Source: an uncultured Acidobacteriota bacterium (GTDB taxonomy: Bacteria; Acidobacteriota; Thermoanaerobaculia; Multivoradales; UBA5704). From it: a stretch of 64,000 nt of DNA. Shown here one piece after another: positions 1 to 10,801 of the stretch (the first letter of the stretch is position 1; each line of letters begins with the position of its first letter). A program made the translations under genes and the position numbers. The notes beneath the pieces were generated by a model that did no database searches, was not told where the DNA came from, and was given only the letters and a program-made list of their open reading frames with translations. The stretch spans positions 2,816,001-2,880,000 of the forward strand of contig CAVYRF010000002.1 of assembly GCA_963770895.1 (NCBI GenBank). The letters are read 5' to 3'.

Positions 1-306
1 ACGCCCCATCCCGAAAGCGTGCCGATCAACGCCCTGGTGCGCGTCGCCGGCACGCCGCTCGCCGATGCGCCGCCGCTCGATCCGCTGGACATGGTGCGGA
101 TGATCGCGACCGCCCGCATCCTCATGCCCGCCAGCCGCGTGCGCCTTTCCGCCGGCCGCACCGAAATGTCGGCGGAAACCCAAGCGCTGTGCTTTCTGGC
201 CGGCGCCAACTCCATCTTCACCGGCGAGAAGCTGCTGACCACCCCCAATCCCGGCCAGGACCACGACCAGGCGCTGCTCGGCCGCCTGGGCCTGTCGCCG
301 CTGTAG
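1..306 (+). CDS. bioB: Biotin synthase, C-terminal part (5'-truncated by window edge)
   Basis: [27 protein letters not shown] and [18 protein letters not shown] are BioB BATS-domain motifs; lies upstream of bioF/bioD/bioA. Confidence 0.95.
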   Translation, partial: TPHPESVPINALVRVAGTPLADAPPLDPLDMVRMIATARILMPASRVRLSAGRTEMSAETQALCFLAGANSIFTGEKLLTTPNPGQDHDQALLGRLGLSPL

Positions 307-316
307 CGGCGGGACC

Positions 317-1813
317 ATGGCCGAAACGTCGCGGTCTGAAGCCGGGGCCGGCGCGCCGCGGCCTACGCCGACCCTGAAGGAGCCGGCCCCAGACGATTCC
401 AGCGCCGGTTGGCCTCCCCTTGCAATCGGCGACCGCCCGGTTGCACCGGAGAATCGCCCTGCGCCGCGGCTCTCGCCGAACGCGCAGGAACCGGCCCCAT
501 CGGCCAGCAGCGCCAGCGTCGGTCGGGCTCCGTCTCCAATCGGCGACCGCCCGGCTGGAGCAACGGCGAGCGCCGCGCCGCCGCCCTCGCCGCCCTCGCC
601 GGCGACGCTGGCGGGCGAGCTGGCGACGCGGCTTGCCGGCGGTGCCCAGCAGGGGTTGGCGCGCTCGCTGCGCTCCGGCGTCGGGATCGATTTCTGCTCC
701 AACGACTACCTGGGCCTGTCCGGCGATGCGCCGCTGCGCGCCGCCCTGCTGGCGCGCCTGGCCGCCCTGCCGGACGGGACGGCTCTGGGCGCGCCGGCGT
801 CGCGCCTGCTGCGCGGTCATACCGAGCTGCACGCGGCGCTGGAGATCCGGCTTGCCGCCTGGAAGGGCACCGAGGCGGCGCTGCTCTTCGCCAGCGGCTA
901 CCAGGCCAACGTCGGCCTGCTGTCGACGCTGATCGGCGCCGGCGACCGAGTGCTGTCCGACCAGCTCAACCACGCCAGCCTCATCGACGGCCTGCGCCTG
1001 ACCGGCTGCCAGCGCGTGGTCTATCCGCACCTGGACGTCGCCGCCGTCGAGCGCGAGCTGGCCCGGCCGCACGCCGGCGGCCGCACCTGGCTGGTGACCG
1101 AGTCGCTGTTCAGCATGGACGGCGACGTCGCACCGCTCGGCGCCTACGCCGCCCTGGCCGCCCGGCACGGCGCCGAGCTGATCGTCGACGACGCCCACGC
1201 CGCCGGCCTCTACGGCGACGTCCGGGGCTCGGGGCTGTGCGAGCTGTACGGGATCGAGCGCCAGCCCGCCGCCATCGTTTCGACCCTGGGCAAGGCGGTG
1301 GGCTTCGCCGGCGCCTTCGTCGCCGGTTCGCGCGTGCTGATCGACTACCTGGCAAACCGCTGCCGCGCCTTCGTGTTCACCACCGCCGCGCCGCCGCTGG
1401 TCCTGCACGCGATCGACCTGGCGCTCGACCGCATCGCCGCCGAGCCGGCGCGGCGCCGCCGCGTCTTCGACCTGGCGGAGCGCCTGCGCGGCGGGCTCGC
1501 CGCGCGCGGCCAGCAGCGCCCCGGCGGCGACGGCCCGATCGTGCCGGTGATGCTGGGCGACAACCACCGCGCCCTGGCGGTCGCCGCGCACCTTGCCGAG
1601 CTGGGCTTCGACGTGCGGGCCGTGCGCCCGCCCACCGTGCCGCCCGGCACCGCCCGCCTGCGCATCTCCGTCCACGCCAACCATAGCGAAGCCCAAATCG
1701 ACTCCCTGGTCGCTGCCCTGGCCGCCGCCCTCGCCCTTGCCGGGCCTCCCGCCGTCACCGCCGCCGCCGCGATCGGCCTGGCTTCGGATTCGACGGATTC
1801 GACAACGCCATGA
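317..1813 (+). CDS. bioF: 8-amino-7-oxononanoate synthase with ~95 aa Pro/Ala-rich N-terminal extension
   Basis: FCSNDYLGL, SGYQAN, DQLNHASLIDG, SMDGD, DDAH, TLGKA (PLP Lys), RPPTVP; true start may be further downstream. Confidence 0.93.
   Translation: MAETSRSEAGAGAPRPTPTLKEPAPDDSSAGWPPLAIGDRPVAPENRPAPRLSPNAQEPAPSASSASVGRAPSPIGDRPAGATASAAPPPSPPSPATLAGELATRLAGGAQQGLARSLRSGVGIDFCSNDYLGLSGDAPLRAALLARLAALPDGTALGAPASRLLRGHTELHAALEIRLAAWKGTEAALLFASGYQANVGLLSTLIGAGDRVLSDQLNHASLIDGLRLTGCQRVVYPHLDVAAVERELARPHAGGRTWLVTESLFSMDGDVAPLGAYAALAARHGAELIVDDAHAAGLYGDVRGSGLCELYGIERQPAAIVSTLGKAVGFAGAFVAGSRVLIDYLANRCRAFVFTTAAPPLVLHAIDLALDRIAAEPARRRRVFDLAERLRGGLAARGQQRPGGDGPIVPVMLGDNHRALAVAAHLAELGFDVRAVRPPTVPPGTARLRISVHANHSEAQIDSLVAALAAALALAGPPAVTAAAAIGLASDSTDSTTP
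421..559. repeat. Two copies of a 25-bp hairpin-like repeat (421-445, 535-559) inside the bioF 5' extension
   Basis: TGCAATCGGCGACCGCCCGGTTGCA and TCCAATCGGCGACCGCCCGGCTGGA. Confidence 0.6.
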
Positions 1814-3897
1814 CTCTGATCGTCGTCGGTACGGGCACCGATGTGGGTAAAACGATCACGTCGGCGGTGATCGTCGCGCGGTACGGCGCGGATCTGCCGC
1901 TCGCCTACTGGAAGCCGGTGGCGACCGGCGGCGGCGCATCTCCCGCCGCGCCCGGCAGCCTGGCTTCCGATGCGCCGGCCGCTGCCGCCGGAGAGGACCC
2001 GCTACGCGATACGGCGACGGTGGCGGCGCTGGCCGGCGGCCGTGCGGTGATCCTTCCCGAGACCTATCTCTTCCCGGAGCCGCTGTCGCCGCACCTGGCG
2101 GCCCGCCTTGCCGGCGGGCGGATCGAGCCGGCGGTGCTGCTCGAAGATTTTGCGCGTCACCTTGGCGCGGGCCGCGGCCTGATCGTCGAAACCGCGGGTG
2201 GTGTGCTGGTGCCGCTGACCGACGGCGCGGGTGGTGGTGCGGGCTTGCTGCAGATCGACCTGGTGGCAGCCATGGCGCGCCGGGCGTCCCTGGCGTGCCT
2301 GGTCGTCGCGCATTCCGGCCTGGGCACGATCAATCACACCCTGCTCACCCTCGCGGCGCTGCGGGCGCGCGGCCTCACCGTCGCCGGCGTGGTGCTGCGC
2401 GGCCCGCGCAACCCCGAGAACCGCCTTGCCATCCAACGCTGGGGCGGCATCGACGCCGTGCTGGACCTGCCGCCCATCAGCCCTCTCGACCGGCCAACGT
2501 TGGCTGCCGCGGCAACGGCCTTCGATCCGGACGGCCTGCTCGCGCCCTGGTTGCAGCCGGCGCCGCCGCTGCCAGCGCCGGACGGGGCCGACCTTGGCGA
2601 GGCTGGCGACCGCGCGCCCTCCTGGGTGGACGACGATCGCCTGCACGTCTGGCATCCGTACACGCAGATGCTGGCGGCGCCGGCGCCGCTGCCGGTGGTG
2701 CGGGCACAGGGGGTGTACCTGTACACGGCGGACGGCCGGAGGTTGCTGGACGGCATCTCGTCGTGGTGGGTGAACATCCACGGCCACAATCATCCGCGGC
2801 TGAACCGCGCCTTGGCGGAGCAGGTGGAACGCCTGCAGCAGGTGATCTTTGCCGGGCTCACCCACGAGCCGGCGGCACGGCTTGCGGCGGCGCTGGCGGC
2901 GCGGGTCCCCGGCCGGCTGCCGTGGGTGTTCTACTCCGACGACGGCTCGACCGCGGTCGAAGTGGCGCTCAAGATGACCTATCAGCACTGGCGCCACCGC
3001 GGCGAGGCGGCGCGCACGCTGTTTGTGGCCTTCGACGACGCCTACCACGGCGACACCTTCGGGGCGATGGCGGCCGGCGGCGTGGCGGCGTTCCATGAGA
3101 CCTTCCGCGATCTGTTCTTCACCGTGCGGCGGGCGCAGACGCCGTACTCGGCGGCGCACGGCTCGACCTCGCCGCCGCTGGCCGACCTGCTGGCGAGCGA
3201 AGGGCAGCGGGTGGCGGCGGTGATCCTGGAACCGATGATCCAGGCCGCCGGCGGCATGCTGCTGCAGACCCCCGCCTTCCTGCGCCAGGTGCGCCAGCTG
3301 ACCCGGCAGCACGACGTGCCGCTGATCGCCGACGAGATCTTCACCGGGTTTGGCCGCACCGGCCGGCTGTTCGCCTGCGAGCATGGGCCGATCGAGCCGG
3401 ACCTGCTCTGTGTGTCGAAGGCGCTCACCGGCGGCTACCTGCCGCTGGCGGCGACGCTGGCCAGCGACCCGATCTATCGGTCCTTTCTGTCCGCCGATCG
3501 CTCGCGCACGTTCTTTCACGGCCATTCGTTCACCGGCAACGCCCTGGCGTGCGCGGTCGCCCTGGAAAGCCTGGCGCTCTTCGAGGAGGAGGACAGGCTG
3601 GAGCGCATCGCCCGCCTGGAGGCGCTGTTCGGCCGCCGGCTGGCAGCTCTTGAAGGCCACCCGGCGGTGACCGTGGTGCGCAACCTTGGCGGCATGGCGG
3701 CGCTGGAGCTGGCGCCGGCGGGCGGCGGCGGCTACCTGGACCGGCTGGGCCCCGAGCTGGCGCGCCGCTTCGTGGAACGCGGCCTGTTGCTGCGCCCGCT
3801 GGGCAACGTCCTGTACCTGCTGCCGCCCTACGTCATCTCCGATGACGAGGCGGCCGCCGCCTTCGACACCATCGCCGCCGTCCTCGACCAGCTGTAA
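1810..3897 (+). CDS. bioDA: Fused dethiobiotin synthetase / DAPA aminotransferase (BioD-BioA)
   Basis: N-term GTGTDVGKT, WKPV, ETAGG, LGTINHT (BioD); C-term VWHPYTQM, SSWWVNIHGH, YHGDT, ADEIFTGFGRTG, SKALTGG (BioA); one ORF. Confidence 0.93.
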   Translation: MTLIVVGTGTDVGKTITSAVIVARYGADLPLAYWKPVATGGGASPAAPGSLASDAPAAAAGEDPLRDTATVAALAGGRAVILPETYLFPEPLSPHLAARLAGGRIEPAVLLEDFARHLGAGRGLIVETAGGVLVPLTDGAGGGAGLLQIDLVAAMARRASLACLVVAHSGLGTINHTLLTLAALRARGLTVAGVVLRGPRNPENRLAIQRWGGIDAVLDLPPISPLDRPTLAAAATAFDPDGLLAPWLQPAPPLPAPDGADLGEAGDRAPSWVDDDRLHVWHPYTQMLAAPAPLPVVRAQGVYLYTADGRRLLDGISSWWVNIHGHNHPRLNRALAEQVERLQQVIFAGLTHEPAARLAAALAARVPGRLPWVFYSDDGSTAVEVALKMTYQHWRHRGEAARTLFVAFDDAYHGDTFGAMAAGGVAAFHETFRDLFFTVRRAQTPYSAAHGSTSPPLADLLASEGQRVAAVILEPMIQAAGGMLLQTPAFLRQVRQLTRQHDVPLIADEIFTGFGRTGRLFACEHGPIEPDLLCVSKALTGGYLPLAATLASDPIYRSFLSADRSRTFFHGHSFTGNALACAVALESLALFEEEDRLERIARLEALFGRRLAALEGHPAVTVVRNLGGMAALELAPAGGGGYLDRLGPELARRFVERGLLLRPLGNVLYLLPPYVISDDEAAAAFDTIAAVLDQL

Positions 3898-4003
3898 CGC
3901 GACGCCCGACCGCGGCGTGGCGCGCCGTGGTGCGCGAGTTGCATTCCGGAGCAGCGCCGCTGCCTTGCCGACCGGACCACCCTCCAAGGTCCAGGAGACC
4001 CGC

Positions 4004-6157
<2,154 letters not shown>

Positions 6158-6353
6158 TCGCCGCCAGGCGCCCCGCCCTCGCCTGGCCCGCACCGCGCGC
6201 GTGCACCGATGTAACAAATTGCGGGCGGGAGCGTGGAATTACAGTAGGCGGACGTTGGCGTCCAGCCGCAGGGCAGGCGGGCCGCTTGTGGGCGGCGCCA
6301 AGGTGCGCCGTGCCGGCGGCGGCATCACGCAGATCTTGAGGAGGGAGCCGCAG

Positions 6354-7073
6354 ATGGATCTCAGCGCAACCAGACGGCAGGCAAGAATCGCGGGGCTGCT
6401 GTATCTGCTGGCCTGCATTCCCGCTCCCTTTGCCCTCATCTACGTCCCCGGCGCCCTGATGGTGTCCGGCGACGCAACGGCGACGGCCGATCGCGTGCGG
6501 GCGTCCGAAACCCTTCTGCGCCTCGGCATGGCGGGCGAGCTGGTCAACGCCGCCGCCTTCATTTTCGTGGTTTTCGCGCTATACCGTCTGTTCAAGGCCG
6601 TCGACCAGCGTCTGGCTTCGCTCATGGCAACCCTGTTCGTGGTCTCTGTTCCCATATCGTTTCTCAACGTGCTCAACGACCTCGCCGCCCTGATCCTGGC
6701 CAAGGGTGGCGACTTCCTGTCGGCGTTCACCAAAGCTCAGCTGGATGCCCTGGTCTTGCTGTTCCTGCGTTTGCACGGCAATGGACTTCTGATCACGCAG
6801 ATCTTCTGGGGGCTCTGGCTGTTTCCGCTCGGGATGCTGGTCATGCGATCGGGTTTCATCCCTCGCGTCCTGGGCGTCCTGGTGCTGTTTGCCGGCTGCG
6901 CCTATCCCCTGATGTCCTTCACCTCCATCCTGCTGCCGCAATACGCGCATGCGGTCAGCCAGGTGGCGATGATCCTGATCCTGGGAGAATTGCCGAACAT
7001 CGTCTGGCTCGCGATCTGGGGTGCCAAGGTCCAACCGTCGCTCCGGCAACCCGTGTTGGCCGCCGCCGGTTGA
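6354..7073 (+). CDS. DUF4386-like multi-pass membrane protein
   Basis: GGAG RBS; ARIAGLLYL start, FWGLWLFPLGMLV.RSGFIPRVLG motif, ~6-7 TM segments. Confidence 0.75.
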   Translation: MDLSATRRQARIAGLLYLLACIPAPFALIYVPGALMVSGDATATADRVRASETLLRLGMAGELVNAAAFIFVVFALYRLFKAVDQRLASLMATLFVVSVPISFLNVLNDLAALILAKGGDFLSAFTKAQLDALVLLFLRLHGNGLLITQIFWGLWLFPLGMLVMRSGFIPRVLGVLVLFAGCAYPLMSFTSILLPQYAHAVSQVAMILILGELPNIVWLAIWGAKVQPSLRQPVLAAAG

Positions 7074-7337
7074 GCGCCGCCAGCCCGTCCGCCGCCGTCA
7101 CCGGATCGTCCGCGCCAAGCCGCCGGACGCGGCAGCCGGCCTGCCGCGCAGGGCGGCCAACCACCCCGCCTGGCTGAGTCCCGGCGCGCGAGTGGCCCTA
7201 TCTCGCGTTGCCGAACTGGATCTGTACAGCGCGCGGCGCACCAGGCGAAAATCGTCGTCGCCACCAACCGCCGGCCCGGCTCGCCCAGGCGCCTGGTCCG
7301 GTGGTGATCGAGTCACGCTCCAGGCAAAGAATCCCCC

Positions 7338-8930
7338 ATGTGCGCCTCGCCAGCGATCTGCAGCTCCGGCATCGCGGCCGTCGCGCCGGCCAGCCCGGCG
7401 GTCCGACCGGGCCGCAGTCTTGCCGCCGGCCGGGGCGGGTGGCGCCTCCTGTTCTGGTGCCTGGTGGCGCTGCTTGCCGCGCCGGCGCTGCTCGCCGGCC
7501 GCCCGGCGGCGGCCACCGCGGCCACTGCAGCCACGGCTGCCACGGCTCCGCGGCCCGGCACCGCCACCGATCCGGTGGCGGCCGCCTCAGCCCCCGCGCC
7601 TGCCGCCGGCCGTGCCGGCGCTGCCGGAGAGCCAACCGGTGGGGCGAATGCCGCCGCGCCGGGCGCGCCCATCGCCCTGGGCCGCTCGATCGTGGCGCTC
7701 AACGGTCCGTGGAAGTTCCACGTCGGCGACGATCCGCGCTGGGCCGAAGCGGGATTCGACGACTCCGGCTGGGAGAGCGTCGACTTGACGCCGCAGCCGG
7801 GCGCCCACGACGACGACGTGGGGTTGACCGGCTACGTGCCGGGCTGGATGGCCAGGGGCCATGCCGGCTACTTTGGCTACGCGTGGTATCGCCTGCGAGT
7901 GTCGGTCACGGCGCCGCCAGACGGTCGCTTGGCCATCGCCGGGCCGCTCTACGTCGACCACGTGTACCAGCTCTTCTTCGACGGCCAGCTGCTGGGCGGC
8001 ATCGGCGATTTCGCAGGCGCACAACCGCGGGTCTTCAGCCGCCGGCCGCTGAGGTTCCTCCTGCCCCGGCAGGGAAGCGCCAGCGCCACGCAACTTTCCG
8101 GCGTCGTCGCCGTCCGCGCCTGGATGGGGCGCGGCACCGCCGGCGGCGCGCCGGACGCCGGCGGCATCCACATCGCGCCCGCCGTCGGCGAGGCGGAAGC
8201 GGTCGCGGCGCACCACGAGCACCAATGGCTGCAGATCTTCGAGGGCTACATCGTCGATGCCCTCGAGCCGCTGGCGTTCCTGCTCCTGGCCCTCATGGCC
8301 TGGACCCTGATGCCTTTCGACCGCGCCGCTGCCGCTGCCTATCGCTGGTTGATCCTGGCCCTGCTGCTGACCGCCGCCGTGCGCGCCAATCAGCCGTTCT
8401 ACTTCTGGACCCACATCGAGACCCTGCAGGTTTTCGACGTAGTGAGAAACCTCCTGCTCACGCCGCTGGTGATGGGCGCCTGGATGATGGTCTGGCACAC
8501 CTGGTTCCGGCCGCGCCGGCCGGCCTGGCTACCGGCCCTGGTGCTCTCCCTGACCCTGCTCTACCTGGCGGCGCAGCTCTGCACCCGGCCGTATCTGTCG
8601 GCGCATTTCCCACATCCACTGGTTGCCGGGGCCGCGCTGGCCGCCACCTACGTCCGGCTGGCCTTCGTGCTGGTCCTGGCCCTCATTACCGTCCAGGGCC
8701 TCCGCCAGGCCGCGCCCGACCGGTGGCTGGCCCTGTCCGCCATCCTGATGATTGCGGTTGCCCTGTTCGCGCAGGAGCTGAGCGTCGTCCACGTCAAGGG
8801 GATCTGGTTCCCCTTCGGCGTCGGCGTCTCGCGCACCGAATACGCCCTGGCAGCCCTCAACCTCCCCCTCTTCGCCCTGCTGCTGCGACGCCTGTACCGC
8901 GTCGCACACCCCGCCGCAGCCGCGCTCTAA
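7338..8930 (+). CDS. Membrane protein: GH2-type sugar-binding (jelly-roll) ectodomain plus ~7 TM helices, no cytoplasmic output domain
   Basis: LNGPWKFHVGDD..WA...FDDSGW, GYAWYRL, YQLFFDGQLLG, followed by a hydrophobic helix array; start uncertain. Confidence 0.7.
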   Translation: MCASPAICSSGIAAVAPASPAVRPGRSLAAGRGGWRLLFWCLVALLAAPALLAGRPAAATAATAATAATAPRPGTATDPVAAASAPAPAAGRAGAAGEPTGGANAAAPGAPIALGRSIVALNGPWKFHVGDDPRWAEAGFDDSGWESVDLTPQPGAHDDDVGLTGYVPGWMARGHAGYFGYAWYRLRVSVTAPPDGRLAIAGPLYVDHVYQLFFDGQLLGGIGDFAGAQPRVFSRRPLRFLLPRQGSASATQLSGVVAVRAWMGRGTAGGAPDAGGIHIAPAVGEAEAVAAHHEHQWLQIFEGYIVDALEPLAFLLLALMAWTLMPFDRAAAAAYRWLILALLLTAAVRANQPFYFWTHIETLQVFDVVRNLLLTPLVMGAWMMVWHTWFRPRRPAWLPALVLSLTLLYLAAQLCTRPYLSAHFPHPLVAGAALAATYVRLAFVLVLALITVQGLRQAAPDRWLALSAILMIAVALFAQELSVVHVKGIWFPFGVGVSRTEYALAALNLPLFALLLRRLYRVAHPAAAAL

Positions 8931-8974
8931 CCCTGCAGCTGCCCGCGCCGCCACCTGCTGCCACCACCCAACTT

Positions 8975-9550
8975 CTATCGTCGGGCGGCCGCCAGCAGGC
9001 GCTCGAATTCGGGCGTGAGATCGCTGCGGGAGAGTGCCTGCTGCAGCAGGCCCAGGAGGTCTCTGACGCGTGCCAGGTCGAGGCTGGCGTGCCGCTCTTT
9101 GAGAATGGTGCGAACGTCCTCGACGTCCTTTGCCCTGCCGGCGAGCAGCTTGGTCGCGACCAGATCCTCTGGACTGATCACCGGCACCATCATTCCCGCG
9201 AGGTCGACGGTCCGGGCGCGATCCAGGAACTCGTGTTCGAGACCTGGACCCGCAAACACAACATCCAGCGGTAGCTCGGTAGCGCGATGAACGAGCGGCA
9301 GGACACGAGTGCTGGCGAGGAAGGGCTGCCAATCGCTCACCCTGAGATCGAAACCTGCCGCTTCCATTGCCGCGACAAACCTGTCGTGGGGAGTGACGAT
9401 CGCCGCGGTGATATCGACATCGGCGCTAAGCCGCGGACGGCCCCAGACCGCGACTGCCTGCGCGCCAAAAAGATACCAGCGACTTCCGCCGCGCCGTAGG
9501 ACGGGAGCAGCGGCGCCCAGCACCTGCCGGACCGCCGAGTCAACGGACAC
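8975..9550 (-). CDS. Nucleotidyltransferase-fold protein (DUF6036/AbiEii-like)
   Basis: YLFGAQAV..WGRPRLSADVDI, ISPEDLVATKLLAGRAKDVEDV; GTG at 9550 overlaps the upstream gene's stop. Confidence 0.75.
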   Translation of the reverse strand: MSVDSAVRQVLGAAAPVLRRGGSRWYLFGAQAVAVWGRPRLSADVDITAAIVTPHDRFVAAMEAAGFDLRVSDWQPFLASTRVLPLVHRATELPLDVVFAGPGLEHEFLDRARTVDLAGMMVPVISPEDLVATKLLAGRAKDVEDVRTILKERHASLDLARVRDLLGLLQQALSRSDLTPEFERLLAAARR

Positions 9551-9779
9551 TGCGCAAGCAAGCGCCAACCCTGGCGTGCATTTCCAGGTCCTCAGCGCGC
9601 TCGGCCGGTGACGGCCAATCGGGCTTGAGCGCTCGCACGTGGAGGCGCAGGCCCTCGGCAACCGCCAGTGCTTCTGCGGGTGAAAGCGCCTGCTTGCGAT
9701 CAGCCCAGTAGCGCTCCTTGGCTGCCTCGACCCGTGACCAATCTCGGCCGGCAAAGGCCCTGATGTCGTCGTGATCCAC
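9540..9779 (-). CDS. Small helical hypothetical protein (79 aa), partner of the nucleotidyltransferase
   Basis: Overlaps the NTase start; extended -10 TGGTACGAT 7 nt upstream of its GTG. Confidence 0.65.
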   Translation of the reverse strand: MDHDDIRAFAGRDWSRVEAAKERYWADRKQALSPAEALAVAEGLRLHVRALKPDWPSPAERAEDLEMHARVGACLRSVR

Positions 9780-9818
9780 GGCGCAGATCGTACCATTGGC
9801 AAGCCGGGCTAGTTCCCG

Positions 9819-10559
9819 CTAGGCATTGCCGGCCGGCTTGGCGGCGAGGGCTTTCTGGATGTAGGCGAAGAGGGCGGGGTCCAGGCCTTGTTGGGTGGCG
9901 ACGGCGGGCTCCGCGGTGTAGAGGGTGCGCACCGAGGCGGCCAGGGCGGGGTCGCCGCCGGTGAATTCGCGGACCAGCTCCATCCAGCGGCGGGCGAGCT
10001 GCTGCACCGGCTCGCTGGCGGGGTCGGCGTTGTTGTCCAGGGCGGCGCGGACCTGGGCGATGAGGCGCGGCCATTCGGCCTCCACCTGCTGGATGTGAGC
10101 GTCGCCCAGCTGGCGCTTGCGTTCGGCGAGGGCGGTCTGCTGGTCGGGGGTGAAGTACTTGTCGAGCATGTTCATCTCCTGGATGGTTTGGGTCAATTCC
10201 GCGACGCTGATCGTTTCGGCCGCGCGCAGGCGCGCTGCGAGGGCGGCGAGGCGGCCATGGAGCTTTTGCTGGAGGTCGATCTGCTGGCGCAGGCGGGCCA
10301 GCTGGGCTTCGACGATCGCAAGCGGCGACAGGTCGGGACGGCGCAGGAACTCCCCCACCTGGGCGAGCGGCAGCCCGAGCTGGCGCAGCGAGACGATCTG
10401 TTGCAGGCGCACGACGTCGCCGGCGCCATACATCCGGTAGCCGGCCGCGGAGCGCAGGGACGGCGACAGCAGCCCGATCTCGTCGTAGTAACGGAGCGCG
10501 CGCACCGAGAGCCGGGTGAACCCGGCCAGCTCGCCGATCTTCCAGGGTGGCTGCCGCAT
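9819..10559 (-). CDS. MerR-family regulator with TipAS-like C-terminal ligand-binding domain
   Basis: WKIGELA...SVRALRYYDEIGLLSP.RSAAGYRMY HTH; C-term DPASEPVQQLARRWMELVREFTGGD; RBS before ATG 10559. Confidence 0.9.
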   Translation of the reverse strand: MRQPPWKIGELAGFTRLSVRALRYYDEIGLLSPSLRSAAGYRMYGAGDVVRLQQIVSLRQLGLPLAQVGEFLRRPDLSPLAIVEAQLARLRQQIDLQQKLHGRLAALAARLRAAETISVAELTQTIQEMNMLDKYFTPDQQTALAERKRQLGDAHIQQVEAEWPRLIAQVRAALDNNADPASEPVQQLARRWMELVREFTGGDPALAASVRTLYTAEPAVATQQGLDPALFAYIQKALAAKPAGNA

Positions 10560-10615
10560 CGAACCGCTCCCTCCTTGCCCGGCTTTGCCAGCGCGACCTG
10601 CGACCGACGAAGCTG

Positions 10616-10646
10616 AGGCTAAACCCTCCCGTAACGGGAGAGTCAA
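10616..10646 (-). promoter_or_regulatory. MerR-type promoter/operator: TTGACT-N19-TAGCCT with dyad CTCCCGT-A-ACGGGAG in the spacer
   Basis: -35 at 10646-10641, -10 at 10621-10616, 19-bp spacer, perfect 7-bp inverted repeat 10626-10640. Confidence 0.85.
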
Positions 10647-10801
10647 GAGGGGTGGACCGACGACGTGGCCGAACCCGTGGCCAAGGCGGTCCTCACATCC
10701 CCTGCCGCCGACTACGTCTTGTATAATTCTCTGTACCGCTGCCTGTCCGGCCCCCGCGCCGCCTGCCCCGCAGGACGCCGCGGTTGCCACAACCTGGAGC
10801 C

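Noticed and set aside
3686-4003. Extended N-termini from the ORF track (glgX 3686, MerR 10790, glpX 21977, rsbW 22562, DUF4388 19493, peptide 57540)
   Set aside because: They overlap neighbouring genes or promoters. Downstream starts with RBSs or family-typical N-termini fit better.
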